From Fistulifera solaris (taxonomy: Eukaryota): a stretch of 64,000 nt of DNA. Positions within the stretch are counted from its first letter, which is position 1; each line of letters begins with the position of its first letter. The notes beneath the pieces were generated by a model, which saw nothing but the letters and a program-made list of their open reading frames with translations, did not search any database and was not told where the DNA came from. The position numbers were made by a program, and so were the translations under genes. The stretch spans positions 124,001 to 188,000 of the forward strand of contig AP026134.1 of the NCBI GenBank assembly GCA_030295235.1, given 5' to 3'. Below, piece by piece: positions 38,173-51,444 of this stretch.

Positions 38173-39239
38173 GTATGATATTTTGGTTAGGAACGGGCCT
38201 CAACTACCAGGTACCGGTACAGCTGTTTGCTTCCGGTCACTGACCTATGTAGCTTTCGTAGAAAATGTACCGGATAGTACAAAATCTACGTGCCATTTTC
38301 GCGTAGGAGCTAAGTCTACTTCACGAAAACCTATGATTTGACTGAAAAAGCATCTTTTTCAGAAAATAAATTTGATCATACTGATACTAATCATTTTTGA
38401 CAGCAATTTCTTGTCATCAATTCTTTTAAACCTACCTTTGTTTGAACAAATGGTCGGTTTCATTTCAGTCCCGGGTCAGTCACGCATCGTCACACGACCG
38501 ACAGGCACGCACCGTTTCGCGCAAAATCTCGCTCCCTTCTTGCAACTTGCAACATGCCCTCATTACCATTCTTGTTCATGTTGCTGCATCTTAAAGCGAA
38601 TTTCTTGATAAAGTAAGTTGAAATTACATGAAATTAGTACTCTGCCATGAGCGCTGAAGCGATCCAGCGCTGTTTAGTCTGTTTCATCCTCTATTTCGCC
38701 CTCTGACGGCAACTTGTCCATATCGTCACTTCCGTCTTCATCATCGATTTCATGATTGGAATGGCTTTCTTCAACAATGATCGTGTCAATTTTGTTGAAC
38801 CAAGCTCTCTTTGAGTGCTGGGTGATGATCTTTCAAGGTCTGAAGGAAAATGCTCTCCACAAATCCATTTGTCTTGATAGCCCGCGAGTCATCACTGCAC
38901 ACAAACGTGTGCCAATTTTCACCGACAGTTTTGAGAACCGAAATGTTTTGAGTCAGGCACGATATATATACCAATCGATGCTAAATAAAAAAAGGAACAA
39001 TATGTGTGTTGATCGTGCCTGACTAAAGCAGTCTGCAAGTGTTATTAGCAATGTAATGATAGGATCGGCATTCTCGAAAACAACACGAGATTTGTCGCGA
39101 TGGGAGTAGGGCGGAGGAGTAGTCGGACCGCGACTCAACTCCGTTGTGGTAGACTTCTACGGAACCTACATGAAGTCTGGGCCATTGTGCAAACAGCTGT
39201 ACCGTACCAGGTACGTCGATGGCGAATACTCCGTAAAAA

Positions 39240-40556
39240 CTATGTATACTGATGAGAATCGACATTCTCTTACTATATAGTACTAAAAGAAATGTAGTGC
39301 GAACCAATTTACTAGTGAATTTACCGTGGTAGAATTCTGCACGTTGAAGGTAAGCGCGTCGTTGAGCTCAACGTCCGCCAAGATAATTTCGACTTGGAAT
39401 ACTAACCGGATTTTCAATTTTTAAAAAAATCGTCCAGCGCGTTATTGTTAAAGTTCTAAAGAAAAAGGGTGAATTCAACGAGGAAAAGCACACTGTTGGT
39501 ACACACACCCTCCGTAAGACAGGTTTTCTTTTTGCTGTTCATGGGGTACTGACGATGTACAATGTGAGCGGGAGGCGTTCAACGAATATGCCTCTGCTCC
39601 AGCCGATGGATGACGATGCGATCTGTTGCGCGGCCAGGCACGACAAGTCCACCAAAACTCATGCGTACTACCAGGATTCAATGACGCGTTTTGTTGAATT
39701 TCAAATGGATCCGCAGCTGGCAGAAGAAAACCGAGTGGGTCCGTGAAAACCGAATTTCGTGCAGGACGACGTCACTCGCAAAACCTTTAGCTTGGATGGG
39801 AAATACGATGATAACATTGAAGTATTGGCCGATGACTACGTGGAAAACGAGCTCAAGGTTAACGTGGATAAGGTCAAAAACATCACTTTCCTGCAGCTGG
39901 TGTTGGTCGCGAATGAAATCAAAACAGGACAATAGTGACAAAACCTGTAAGGAACGTTTTACAGAAATTGCAAACGAACGAAATATTTCAAAAGAAACTC
40001 AGGACGAGCTATGGCATGTGATGCAAGAGGACCGCGACAACTTTCGCATGTACTTTGCAGGTGCTGTAGAAGGAAGTAAAACAGGTGAGAAATTTCTTCC
40101 TCGTTAATCCATCTCTGACTTGGCATCTCACTTATTGGCCCCGCTCGACGCGAATCGACGCCGACAGAAAGTAATGACACAAGCAAGTCGGATCGAGGCA
40201 GTTTGTTGGATGAATTGATGGAACCACCGAAAAAGAAAGCTAAGGGTAGAAATTATGGTATTGTTAGCTACGAGACCCAACGAAAAGTGTTGGCGGCCCT
40301 TTCGGAGCCGGGTGATCGGAAGAGAACTTTCGAGGTCGGGGTCGAATTCGCAACCTTAAGCATCACGAGCAAAGGCGCCGATGCAGTTGATGCTCGCTCG
40401 TCATCCTGGGTGTCCAAGTTGAGAACTTGCGTGAAAGGTTGGAACAATTGCATCGAAGGCAAATGTAAGAAAAACAAGGGCGGACAAGAGGGCTTTTTCA
40501 AAATGAAGGGTAACTTGGCTTACACAAAATACACCTGCAAGTGTGGCAATGAATAA
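39240..40556 (+). mobile_element. Decayed tyrosine-recombinase gene (Crypton-like DNA transposon remnant)
   Basis: The frame through ~39430-39935 reads KHTVGTHTLRKTGFLFAVHG (HxLR box)...CAARHDKSTKTHAYYQDS (H...Y nucleophile)...VGP*KP. A Cys-rich C-terminal fragment lies at 40203-40556. Stops and frameshifts present; ends not defined. Confidence 0.75.
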
Positions 40557-42483
40557 TTTATTTACTAACACATTTAATATAAATGACAACAACTTTTATA
40601 TTTACGATTCACCGATTGATCGCCATGATCATCATGATGAGAAAATTTTGTTTTTGCAAAAACGCGAAGAAATATTTCGTCGTATCCGGGACTGTTTTGT
40701 TCCGTTTGAGACATGAGCAGGTGACGTGCGCACGTAGACTAATGTAAAGAGTAGGAGCTTGGACGTTAACCTAATTAGCGCGCCAAAGGCTGAAAATGGG
40801 CGGATGCAGCGCGACGAGATCACTTCATTAATATCTGGATGCAAAAAAATAAAAAGCGCGATGTGCAATCGATCGCATTGAGCATCTAAACAACTGGAAT
40901 TATTGTCTATTTTAGTTTTTGCCGCTATCCATCGCTTTCCTGCGAGGTCTATTTTGGGGGTGTTCTCAATTTCATCCGGTACTGACTGAGTACCGCTTGC
41001 GAAAAGGTGCAGTGGGTGCAACCTTAGAGAAAGGATCATTCGTGAATACCAATGATTTACGGAGGATTGACTTGGATCCGTGACTAGATTTTGAGCCCAA
41101 TGAATTCCAAGTTCCAAGTCTTTCCGGTCCCGAAAAGTGTTCCACACTATCAAACGTTTTGGGACTGGATACCAGGTAACGGCGTTAAAATTCTGCCTAG
41201 TTGTAGAAGCTACGTAGAATCTTGTACTGAGACGCAGAATTTTAATGATTTGAAAAAATTTCACGACCACTGATATCGGGAGTCTTTAAGAATCTTGCAG
41301 CGACCAAGAGCTAGAGATGCACGATGCACGACTATTTCTTTCACACTTCAAGTTACTTATTAGGTCTTGTAAGACTCGTAGACAGAACTAACAAAGTTAT
41401 GATGTAAATGAGTGTTTTCTGACTGTACAATACTACAGAGGTGAAACACGTCGAATGTCAAATGGTAGCCCAAACGTGCAGGCGCCAGGCGCAGAATGGC
41501 CTCGACGAAGATTATTGGAATTTTGGTTACTGTAAAAACGCTTAGCGGTCGGCAGTGGGGAGGCCTTGTTTTACGATTGCTGGATTTCATTTTTGGATTT
41601 TTTTCGTGGTACCATAGTTTTTAGATTGCATTTTCGCCTTTTCAAATGATATTTTTGTGCATTTTCTGTTTATGGGAATTAAGCAGCTGCCTTTTTGCAA
41701 GTCCTAATTACTTTTGTTGCTTTATCACGGGTTATATGCGGTGCTCTTCGTTTTCCGGAGGGTGATAGGCCCAAGAGATGCTTTGGTGCTGGGTCATTGT
41801 TATTGTAAGTGGTACAGTTGACGTTAATAGACACTTTTGTCCCATGTATGCATAATGAAGAAAGTAGGAAGAGAAACGGGTACCAGGTACCAGTACCAGG
41901 GATGCGTCGTTCGCCATTCGCGATAATAATCATTATTTATTATTTTGTCATGCAAGAGACATTCAAAGATCAAGGCCTGAGAACTGTCATACGCCCCATT
42001 CGCTCCTTCGCTCGCACACCTCACCGCACGTGTCCGACCAACGATCATTAGGAGGACTAAAGAACAAAGAACAGAGGATAAACCCCACTATCAACCTATA
42101 CGCGTCCCGAAATTACCGCTCAAAGTCTCGGTTTTTGTCCATATTTCGCCGTTGGGAGTTGGGACCCTTTGTGACTTGTCAGAAATACCCCGATGCCGGA
42201 TAATGATAAGAACTAGTATGAAGGACAAACAAAGATCACTTATTATTTACTTTTTTTATAGGCGAAAGTGTATGTTTCAAACCCGAACACTGGCTATACG
42301 CGCAATCTCGATTCGGCACCAAATGTCTTTCCCTAGTAAAAAGTGGAAATAGTCCCCCCGCTGGAAGATGAGGGCTAATAATCAACTTAGGCCTGGCGCA
42401 CTTGTCCAAATTCCAGTTCGATTGCAGTCATAATAATCGATTTTGTTTCTTTAGTAAGCAAATACCTTCACCGATCCTTCAAC

Positions 42484-43453
42484 ATGTCGGTCGATTCAGC
42501 AAGTGCATCCACGTATCGAGATTTTCTTTTGAGGATCTCGCCAAGATCAAGAAAGAGCTTAACATGACTGATGGTAAGCGAAAGGGCCCGCGAGGAGGCG
42601 TTACGGATCCCTTCCCTGCCAGGCTACACGAAATGCTTGAAGATACTCTGTTCGATGGGCAGGATCATATCATTTCGTGGCAAGTACATGGGCGATGCTT
42701 CAAGATTCACGACTTCGATGTTTTTGCTCGAGAGCTTCTCCCAAAATTCTTTCGTCAGACCAAATTCAGTTCATTTAAGAGGCAAATGAACTTGTACGGC
42801 TTCCGAAAAGTATTATCAGGCACAGATTGTGGTGCCTACTATCACGAGCTCTTTCTTCGAGGAAGGCCTGACCTTGCCATGATCTTGCGTCGTGTTGGCG
42901 GAAAGAGCACTGACGGCACAGCATGGCGTCCGTTCCAGGGCGAAGAGGATCCCGATTTCTACGCTCTTCCCTTTGCCCAGAGCTTGCTCGCAGTGTAGCT
43001 GTCGTGTCAGACGGCTCCATTCAATCCTCGCCTAGTGAAGCGAGCCTCACGAAGGCTTCAAATCAGCAGTCTTTCGAAAGAAGCAACGCAGAGGCACCTC
43101 TTCTCTCGTTTCTACGGGGACACCGCAAGATGCAGCTTTCTGAGTTCCCACGAAATATTCCAAAAGATTTGTCTTACCCGACACCGTTTGAGTTTCAAAC
43201 AAATTCACTTCGCATGCCATATGTAACAACACCGGTGGTATCACAAGGGTATGGTCAAGGACAACTGTATTATCCAGGGGAATATGGGCATGTCTTCTCT
43301 TCAAGAGTTCCGATGACTCAAGGGAGAGCACCGGTGTCTTTTGAAGAAGTCTTCCATGAACCCGTGGCACACGATGCGGAGGAATTTGAGAATTCAGCTG
43401 TCGAACTTCTATGGGCGTTTGATGAAAACAGGTTCCCTCAAAATTGCAGTTAA
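42484..43453 (+). CDS. Heat-shock-factor-type transcription factor
   Basis: RGGVTDPFPARLHEML...IISWQVHGRCFKIH...FFRQTKFSSFKRQMNLYGF...GAYYHELFLRGRP...PDFY. Indels at ~42522-42525 (YRDFS N-terminus) and ~42969-42971. Alternative start at 42564. Confidence 0.92.
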
Positions 43454-43821
43454 TAGCCATGTATAGAACCTCATTCGGTGTTTAATATGTCTTGTTTTGA
43501 AAGCCATCGTTGGGTATACCATCAGCTTATCATTATTTATCTCTTTGTTATCGGAACTGCGCTTCAGCATGTGAGTCCCGGCATTTGCTTTCACTAATTT
43601 GTAGTGACGTACTACAAGGTCGACGATGAAGTAGAGTACTGGTAGACAAGTACAAAGTACTTGTACCTCTGATACTTGTATTGGTAAGCGGACAAACGAC
43701 CTCCACCTCCATGCCTCCATGACTTTTTTGAAAACGAGAAACTCGGCGACCGACAAGGCTCATTACTTCAAGGTCAACCTTGTAGCTGAAGTGCTTCCAT
43801 ACAAAAGATTCTTCACACGCA

Positions 43822-44601
43822 ATGCCATCGTTTCGATTCTTGCTACTATTTCTTCTTTCATGGATGTCCTTGTTCGGCAGAAGCTCAGCCTTTCCTGTTT
43901 TGGAAATTGCCAGCGCAATCCCCGACACGACGTCTCACTTATTGCAACACACGGCCGCCACCTACCAGGATGCTTTACAGCAGCATCCCCTCATCACGAA
44001 AATGATAACAGGAGGTACATTAGCCACATGCGGTGATGCCATTGCGCAGTCGCAAAACGCTCTCGAACCGTACGACAAACGCCGTGCTGTTTCATTCATG
44101 TTATTTGACATGTGCTACCGTGCGTTGCAGCATGCAGCCTTTCCTATTCTGGCCACTCACTGCCATGGGCAATACTTGGGAGAATTACTGCAAGGCACAC
44201 CACTGATAGTGGATTCGGACTATCTCGCGGCAATGGAACGCACGTTGGCGAGTCAACTCGGCATCGTCCCTTTCATCTACTATCCTGTTTTTTATGCACT
44301 GACGGCGTTGGTACAAGACCTTTCGCCACAGGCGACTGTATACCGAGCCCGTAAAACCTTTGTTCCGCTCATGCGGAAGAATTTGAAATTCTGGATTCCT
44401 ATACAATTCATTCAATTTGGATTTGTTGAAGAGCATTGGCAAATACCATTCTTGGCAGCGGCTGGGTTATGCTGGACATTCCTCTTGTCGCTCGCTGCAG
44501 GCTCGACCAAATCATATCAAGAAAAAAACTCTGCGGCATATCTCGCTGATAGCAACAAAGCACTCCCTGGTTACAACGCTCGAGCTTCCGCTTCCTCTTA
44601 G
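43822..44601 (+). CDS. Mpv17/PMP22 family membrane protein, predicted plastid-targeted
   Basis: HPLITKMITGG...GDAIAQ, YDKRRA, NLKFWIPIQFIQFGFV...IPF...W..LLS. Signal peptide ending RSSA-FP. Confidence 0.88.
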   Translation: MPSFRFLLLFLLSWMSLFGRSSAFPVLEIASAIPDTTSHLLQHTAATYQDALQQHPLITKMITGGTLATCGDAIAQSQNALEPYDKRRAVSFMLFDMCYRALQHAAFPILATHCHGQYLGELLQGTPLIVDSDYLAAMERTLASQLGIVPFIYYPVFYALTALVQDLSPQATVYRARKTFVPLMRKNLKFWIPIQFIQFGFVEEHWQIPFLAAAGLCWTFLLSLAAGSTKSYQEKNSAAYLADSNKALPGYNARASASS

Positions 44602-45087
44602 AGCTACCGTCATCTCCAACGGCCTGCCTGTATACTACCTTGTAGATTCGCAACACACTTAAGATATAAGTTTTCTTGACAATAAAGCATAATATAATTT
44701 GGGACTAAACGTTATAGCTTAATTCGTTTTCGCTCTAGAGAGACGGTCATTTTACTATCCCTTAAATAGTAAATAACTTACGTGGATTGCCGATTTCGAA
44801 TCGAATTTGAATGTCAAACAAGTGTCCCAGTAGAGGTACTCAAAGATGTAAAAAGCAATACCGCACGGTACAGCAAGTCCATCAGCGATCCAAAGTCAAA
44901 ACTGCCCCGATCCGCTTCGCCGAAACGGACGCGATGGCTCCGTTTTCATGATAAATGAAAGATGGTAACACATAAAAACTGGTTCGTGAAAAGCAATACT
45001 CTCCATGAAGCTTCTTCACAATTTACTTGATCACATTCTTACACAAATCAACATTTCGCTCTTGCAAGAGGCGACTTTTTCTGAACG

Positions 45088-46227
45088 ATGAAGCGCAAGC
45101 TAAACGCCTCCGATGAATGCTCCAAGGCTACAGCCACAACTGCCGGACTGACGTTCGCAAGTCAATCTTTGAGTTCACCCGAGCATCCCGCGCACGAGTC
45201 GCGTTGTCAAGTTGCCTTTTGCGAGCAAACCGCTCGGGAAATGACGGAATTGGTGGACTATTGGCAAGCTGTTGAATCTGCACAAAGGAGCGTTCGCCTG
45301 TGCCCGCGGCTCCAGTGGGAAATTCCTTATTTGCGTGGAGCGACGACGAGGATGATTCAATCATCTCATTCGATAGAAATTTACAGCGTCAGCTATTTTC
45401 TGACGGAGAGGACGACGATGAATATCAAGAGCGGGTAAACGCTTCACTTGCTGAGGTTATCGCTGAGCCATTGGATTCATTCACAAGAGGAGACCAGTCA
45501 TCAACAATGGCCACGGAATTGACGTCGCAAACTCACCATCTGAGCTCCGGGCTTATTTATGAGTCGCGGCCTTCTTCTCCCACATCGTTAGACGAGACGT
45601 CATCGCTCCCTTCGGAAATACAACTGTGCAGCGCCGAATCATCGCCAGATTGGCTAGGCAGCAAAACCGAAAAGAAAATTGTACAAATTATTCATGCCGC
45701 ATCACAAAAGCAAACACAACAGGTTAATCAAGTAACTCAACGCACCACTGAATTGGAACAACAAGTCCACACTACCCTGATGAACTCGCCCTTGTTTCCA
45801 AAGATACAATCGGCGTTCACCCTTCCAGAAACAACGACAAGATGTTTTACGGGCCATTGATGTGGCGCTTGATCAGCAAGCCAGCAGCCCTATAGTTTCG
45901 TCATTTCCAAGGTGTTGGCAAGATCATTGTGACTTGTGGCTACGGTATGGATGGCATCGATTGGAGGACAAATTGCATTTGGGTCTCTGGGAATGGGTGC
46001 CTCTGGAATGGTTGACCCTATACTACTATGTGTGGGCACGGCCTTCGGCGCAGACGCGATGGACAGTTTTGTTCGCCATGGCATTTATCTTAATGATTCT
46101 ACTGTACAATCTCCCTTCGAGTTCAAAGGTTACAAATACTACTCTCGTGCATTTCTCGAACAAAGACATTTTCGCAACAAAATATCCAGATAGGGATACC
46201 TCTATTTTAGAGGATTGGCTATTATGA
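45088..46227 (+). CDS. Hypothetical protein with C-terminal Trp-rich/TM segment
   Basis: Three consecutive same-strand ORFs joinable by indels in A-runs at ~45284 and ~45829. No family recognised. Confidence 0.55.
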
Positions 46228-47211
46228 TCGACCGAGCTATTTGTTGGCACCTCAACTTATGATAGGCAACACTCCGTGACGAAATCTGTTTTGCTGTCAA
46301 AGGTAACTGTACGAAATAATAAATAATTGGGGCGAGATGTTTTAAAGTTTGAACGAGCAAAGGTTTTGCAAACGCATACTGCGGATTAAAACCTAGCGAT
46401 AGGATCGCCATAACGTAAGTTTGGCATGCGTCGACATAGGTCAACGTCAGCCTGACGTACTCATTTGTGCAACATAAGATCCGCTCTCGCGTTTCGCGCG
46501 CGAGGCGAAGGGCGAAGAGCTTTCATCTTTTGAGCACGCCAGCTCCGTCACCCTGAAGCGGTTTTAAGTTTACTATTCGCGAATAGTGTTGTACATCATA
46601 TGTTATAGTCATTTTGTTGAAAAGTCATTTCCTCCACTGAATCTTGGGGTAATTTCCCGCCATCCGCTCCGCCTAAATACTCTTACGTATACGTTAGATA
46701 GGGCACTGAATATTCGAAGTATCATTAATTTTGTACAGGTTCCGTCGGGTAAGCTTGATATTGTTGAATAGGTGAATAACGTTTTGCGAGCCTAACCGCG
46801 TCTCAACGCTGAAGTCTTCTCCTAAGTACCTCACGTTGGAAGTCCTGTTTGAGTAGGATGAGTATTATTTCCAACTCCAGGGCGGCATGCCGCGAAGCGA
46901 GAAGTGCAGGCTTCCGCGTACGGTGGCCTTTGATAGATCCAAAACTCCGCCCTCGGCGTTGACCGAGCTTACCAGGTACGGCTCGAAACAGCGAGAGTGT
47001 GTCCTTCTTTTCATCATATTATTACCATTCGCGTCTCTTTGATTAATTCAACGAGACAATTGCCCGAGTAGGAGACGAAGAAGTAACTTACCTCATTTTC
47101 CTGGGGGCCGTTTTTGGGTCTGGATTGCCGAGAGCGAGGCGACCGCAGCAAACAGAGGAAGCTGACAATCATACATAACAATCTCGGGGCTTACAACCTG
47201 ATCAGCCGATT

Positions 47212-48842
47212 ATGAGCTCGCCGAATAATGACGCTTCTCGAAAACGGTCTCGAGATGATGAAGAGGAGGATGGGAAAGAAGATGCCGCGGAAGGAGAGGA
47301 AGAAAGGAACAAGGGCGAGCGTTCGGATCAATTAAAAGCAGCAGAACCCAAGGAAGCAGGAGAGGGATACTCAGACGCTGCAACTCAAGGAGCGATATTT
47401 GCATCAACACCGGGGCCTGCAGTTTCAACGGCACACGGGGCACCACCACAGGTTTCTACACCGGGACGAGGTGGCCCCCACCGCCTCAGCATCTCGGGCA
47501 TCATCATCCAGCTTATCCTCCACCTTACTATCCGCATCCTTACCCGACGCCACCTCCACACGGGCATCACTCACAGGATCCGAATGCGTACCCACCGCCG
47601 CCCCCTCGCGGTTATGAGCACTATCCTCCTTATCCTGGATATTATATGCCGCCTCCGCACCATTACTACCCTCCTCCTTACCCCTATGGACCTCCACCGC
47701 CGCATCATCACCATCATCCGCCGCCGTATTATCCTGATCCAAACGGACCCCCTCCGCCAAGATATGGAGGCGAAGAAGGGCCGATTTCTCCGTATGCACC
47801 ACGTATTAAGGAGGAGCCAAACAGTCAACGTGCCCATGCACTGGAAGCTTCGCGCAATGATGAAGATGACGACGATGATGATATGATCGAGGACGACGAG
47901 AATGATGCAGTAACGGCTAGGCTAAAGACGTACATCAAACCCCGTGTTCCTACTACTCAGGATGTTTTGGATCGGCGACAACGAAAGAATGCACAATCAA
48001 GATCGCGGGCTGCTAAACTGCGTACTAGAATAATGGACATTGAAATGAAACCTGAGAGTGACCGGACAAACGAGGAATTGCGAATTTGGCAGCAATACGA
48101 AGCTAGGCGACAGAGGAAAAATGATCGATCTCGAGAGCGTGCGCTCGAAAAGAAAGAAGAAATTGATCGCATTCTTGGGAAACCCGAAAAGAAGAGGTCA
48201 AAGATTGAGCGGCAGTTTCTTGAAACGGCGCTCTCGGCCAAGCAACGTAAGAACGAAGGTGACCGCCTGCGTCGCCAGCGCTTGAAAGACTTGGGAATTT
48301 CGTCGAAAGGTACCGGTGTCAAACCAAATGTCAGCGCACGTGGACCACTGCCACCTCAGTACCAGCACGCCATGTCTCGTCAGCATCCTTACATGCATGT
48401 CATGCCCCCACCAGGCCACCACCATATGCAAGACATTCCCATGTCACCGCTGCCCACTATGCCGCATCATCACCATCATCATGGAATGGCATCGCCGGGT
48501 GGATTTGGTTCTCCCGGAATGATGCCCTACCCCAGCCCGCGCTCCCGGTCCCTGATGAACACTCCATCGCGTCCACCGGGACCCAATTCTATGCCTTATA
48601 TGCCTCCTCCGCAACACTACGATCATCATTCGCCTGATCGAGGACAGCATACGTCTCGGGTTGAACAGAGACGAAACCCCGATGGCTCGATGAGTATTTC
48701 CATCGGCGGTGGACGCCCGGGAGAGCGATCCTTTGGTGAAAGACGTGGAGCCGAAGTGGGCGGTCTTCTATTGGAGAGTGAAAATGGCTATAACGACGAT
48801 TCTCAAGGCGACGGTGAGAATCAGGAGGATAAATCGGAGTGA
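47212..48842 (+). CDS. Pro/His/Tyr-rich protein with a tandem 44-aa basic repeat domain (putative nucleic-acid binder)
   Basis: One missing C at ~47475-47479 joins ORFs 47212 and 47646. The repeats RRQRKN..SR.RA...I..KPE..R...E have a 132-nt period. Confidence 0.8.
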
Positions 48843-49756
48843 TTTGTCTATTTGCAAATTGATATTAGTGGACGAGACAGAACTTTTAGGCGTTGTTGGA
48901 CGAGCGTAAAAGAATAGGAAAATGTAATCTATGTTAAGAGTGTGATTTCTTTCTGTTGAAGTATCATCGGTGCCCGATAGTTAGTAGCATAGATACCACG
49001 AGTCGTTGACCTCAGAAGATTGGTTAATGCGTTGCTTTGCTTCTGTTTTCAATTCCCTAGTTTCTCCTGGATCCAACGAAAACGTTTAAGTAGAAATAGG
49101 TGACTGAAAAACTCTCAGCAGGTTGAGTTACTTGCCTATAAATCGTTCAAGCTCGTATGGAAGAAACTTTCTCCGGACTGTCAGTACGATTCCTTTGAAC
49201 AAGAGGAACGATAAACCGAGAAACCAGAGTAAGCGAGATGCGACTAACATTATCTGCGACGGAGTTTTAAGATGCAATGACGATGCTTCTAGATTATTTT
49301 CCGTTTCATTATCCAACAGCGGAAGGTTCATAAAGAAGCCTGTTATAGTGAATGGAGCATATTTCATGGTAATAATTTATTTGGTTGGGTCTCTTGTTTC
49401 TTAATTTCGTTGTTCATTGATGCAGCAACATGCGAAAAATGATCCTTGACATTCCGGTTCGCAATAGACGAAGAGAGTTCGGTTTGAAAATGGGAAGGGA
49501 TGTGGGACAACAACGGAAACAGAACAAGGACTTTGATTAAGTTAACTATGTCGCATAAGTTTCGAGTTACTTAGCGTTTTTGTGTAGGTAAAACAGTCCG
49601 TGAAAACAAAATCGCATTATCGCAACCACAAAACAAAACGTAAGTTGCAACATGAAGACTGCAATCGTTTCACTAAAACAGATGCAGAGTGGGCTAAATA
49701 TGGCTACATTTCTTTATCCGTTTGCCACAGTAGACCATGTGCGCACGCGATGAGGC

Positions 49757-50899
49757 TTACTTGTAGATTTGAGCCTGCGCGTTGGCTACGCTCGTAGGAG
49801 GAACGGCGGCAATTCCTTCGTCGTCGACAACAACGGCTCCTCTTCCTCTTTCCTCATTATCCTCTTCTGAGTAATCGATTTCTTGATTGTTATTTTTGGC
49901 GTAATCATCTTCCGAGTATTCGTTGTTGGGCGTGGCATCACCGAACAGACGGTACACAGCCGACGCTACCAGACTAGCAGCCACAAAGAATGAGGCCCAC
50001 GAAAAGAAGTAAAGAGTACTGAACGTAGGAGCCGGAGCATGATTCGAGAAGGTAATGAAGGTGACACCGAAGCCCCAAGCTGTGAGAATAGTAATGGAAA
50101 GTACCGTTTCTACAAGACCTGCACAAGTCGGCAAGCACAAATCCCACATCATCCACACAAACGCCAAGAAGGCACCAATCGCCCCCAACCAAATGGCGTA
50201 CTGGAGACGTGCACACATGGTCGTGTCTTCGTCATCACACATCATGTCTTCGAATTGACGAGAGGCAGACATCATTACAATCAAACTAGAAGCCACGAAA
50301 GCACCCCAGGGAAGAAAGCTACTGCTACTCTTTTCGTTCTTGGCCACGTCTCGATCGAAGAAGGTTCGGAGGGATTCCACCAGAACACTGACGGCGGCAA
50401 TTAATCCCAACCAAGGGAATAGAAAGAGATTGGCGTTCACAATTTGACCAAATTCACCCGCGGTGGCTACCGTGTGTTTCGGATTCACAATTGCGGGCAT
50501 GACTGCCGCCCAGATTCCAACTGTAAGGAACGCCTGACAAGTGAATGGAAAGGAATGAGTGAGCGTTGTAGTGAGTGATTGAGGGTGACACAAAATGCGT
50601 CTGGATGCGTCATGAGAACTTACCAGAATGCATTCGAGTAGATTTCCTGTGAAGCGATGACGCAAAAACAGCGCTGTCAGGAATCCGAATAGAGACAAAC
50701 CGAGGGCGCAAAGAATAGCGGAACCAATCCATTTGATGTTCTTGGGTTGGTTTTTAATGTCTGACAATCCGTCCAGGTGCACTGCTTTGGCCGCTGCCAC
50801 CAAGGCAATCAACGCAAAAGCAGTCGCTAAGAACCAGCTAGTATGCTGGCTGTTGTAGTGTTTGCTGTACTCATTACGCGTCGTATGAACTGGAACCAT
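49757..50899 (-). CDS. Multi-pass (about 8 TM) membrane protein, tandem paralogue A (intron 50534-50623)
   Basis: Two internally similar 4-TM halves ending NANLFLFPW and FSTLYFFSW, plus an acidic C-tail. The 90-nt GT-AG intron is at the same position as in paralogue B. Confidence 0.85.
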   Translation of the reverse strand: MVPVHTTRNEYSKHYNSQHTSWFLATAFALIALVAAAKAVHLDGLSDIKNQPKNIKWIGSAILCALGLSLFGFLTALFLRHRFTGNLLECILVSSHDASRRILCHPQSLTTTLTHSFPFTCQAFLTVGIWAAVMPAIVNPKHTVATAGEFGQIVNANLFLFPWLGLIAAVSVLVESLRTFFDRDVAKNEKSSSSFLPWGAFVASSLIVMMSASRQFEDMMCDDEDTTMCARLQYAIWLGAIGAFLAFVWMMWDLCLPTCAGLVETVLSITILTAWGFGVTFITFSNHAPAPTFSTLYFFSWASFFVAASLVASAVYRLFGDATPNNEYSEDDYAKNNNQEIDYSEEDNEERGRGAVVVDDEGIAAVPPTSVANAQAQIYK

Positions 50900-51444
50900 C
50901 TTTACTGCTTTCTTTGTTGCTTGCTTGCTTCTTGGTTGTTTGCGATCAAGATTTGGCAGTTTTTGTTCGAGATTGTGAATTAAATGAGCAACCTATACTT
51001 AACTTGCAAACGTAACTTGAGGCTATTGGAGTTTCGAATCTTTGCAACTCTAATCGCGACACTTTTTTCTTCAAGAAATCGATCGATGTGCACAAACAGA
51101 CAACAGCTGAAAATTTTACCACATGGAAGCATTCCGCTTCTGTAATTCAAGTCAAGATGTTCAAAGAAACATTTTCACTTCACGGCAATAAAATAAACTG
51201 ATCAAAAGCGGAAACTATGACGTGATCTTGAAAATGAAAAAATGAAAAACCTATTCTTATCTTACTGCACCGGCCCTCATCCCTCATAGACTAGTCATAG
51301 CGGGAACTATGGAGTCGGCCCCCAACCTACGTCCACTTATCACTTTATCGTTAACGAACAATTTAAGCAACATAAATGAAACATATACACAACGAAAGAC
51401 TTTCACCAAGAGTCCACTATCAATTTTTTGACTGGTCCTGCAGC

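Noticed and set aside
40632..41270. 212-aa minus-strand ORF
   Set aside because: Non-ATG start, no motifs, and it lies in TE-flanking sequence. I cannot support it as a gene.
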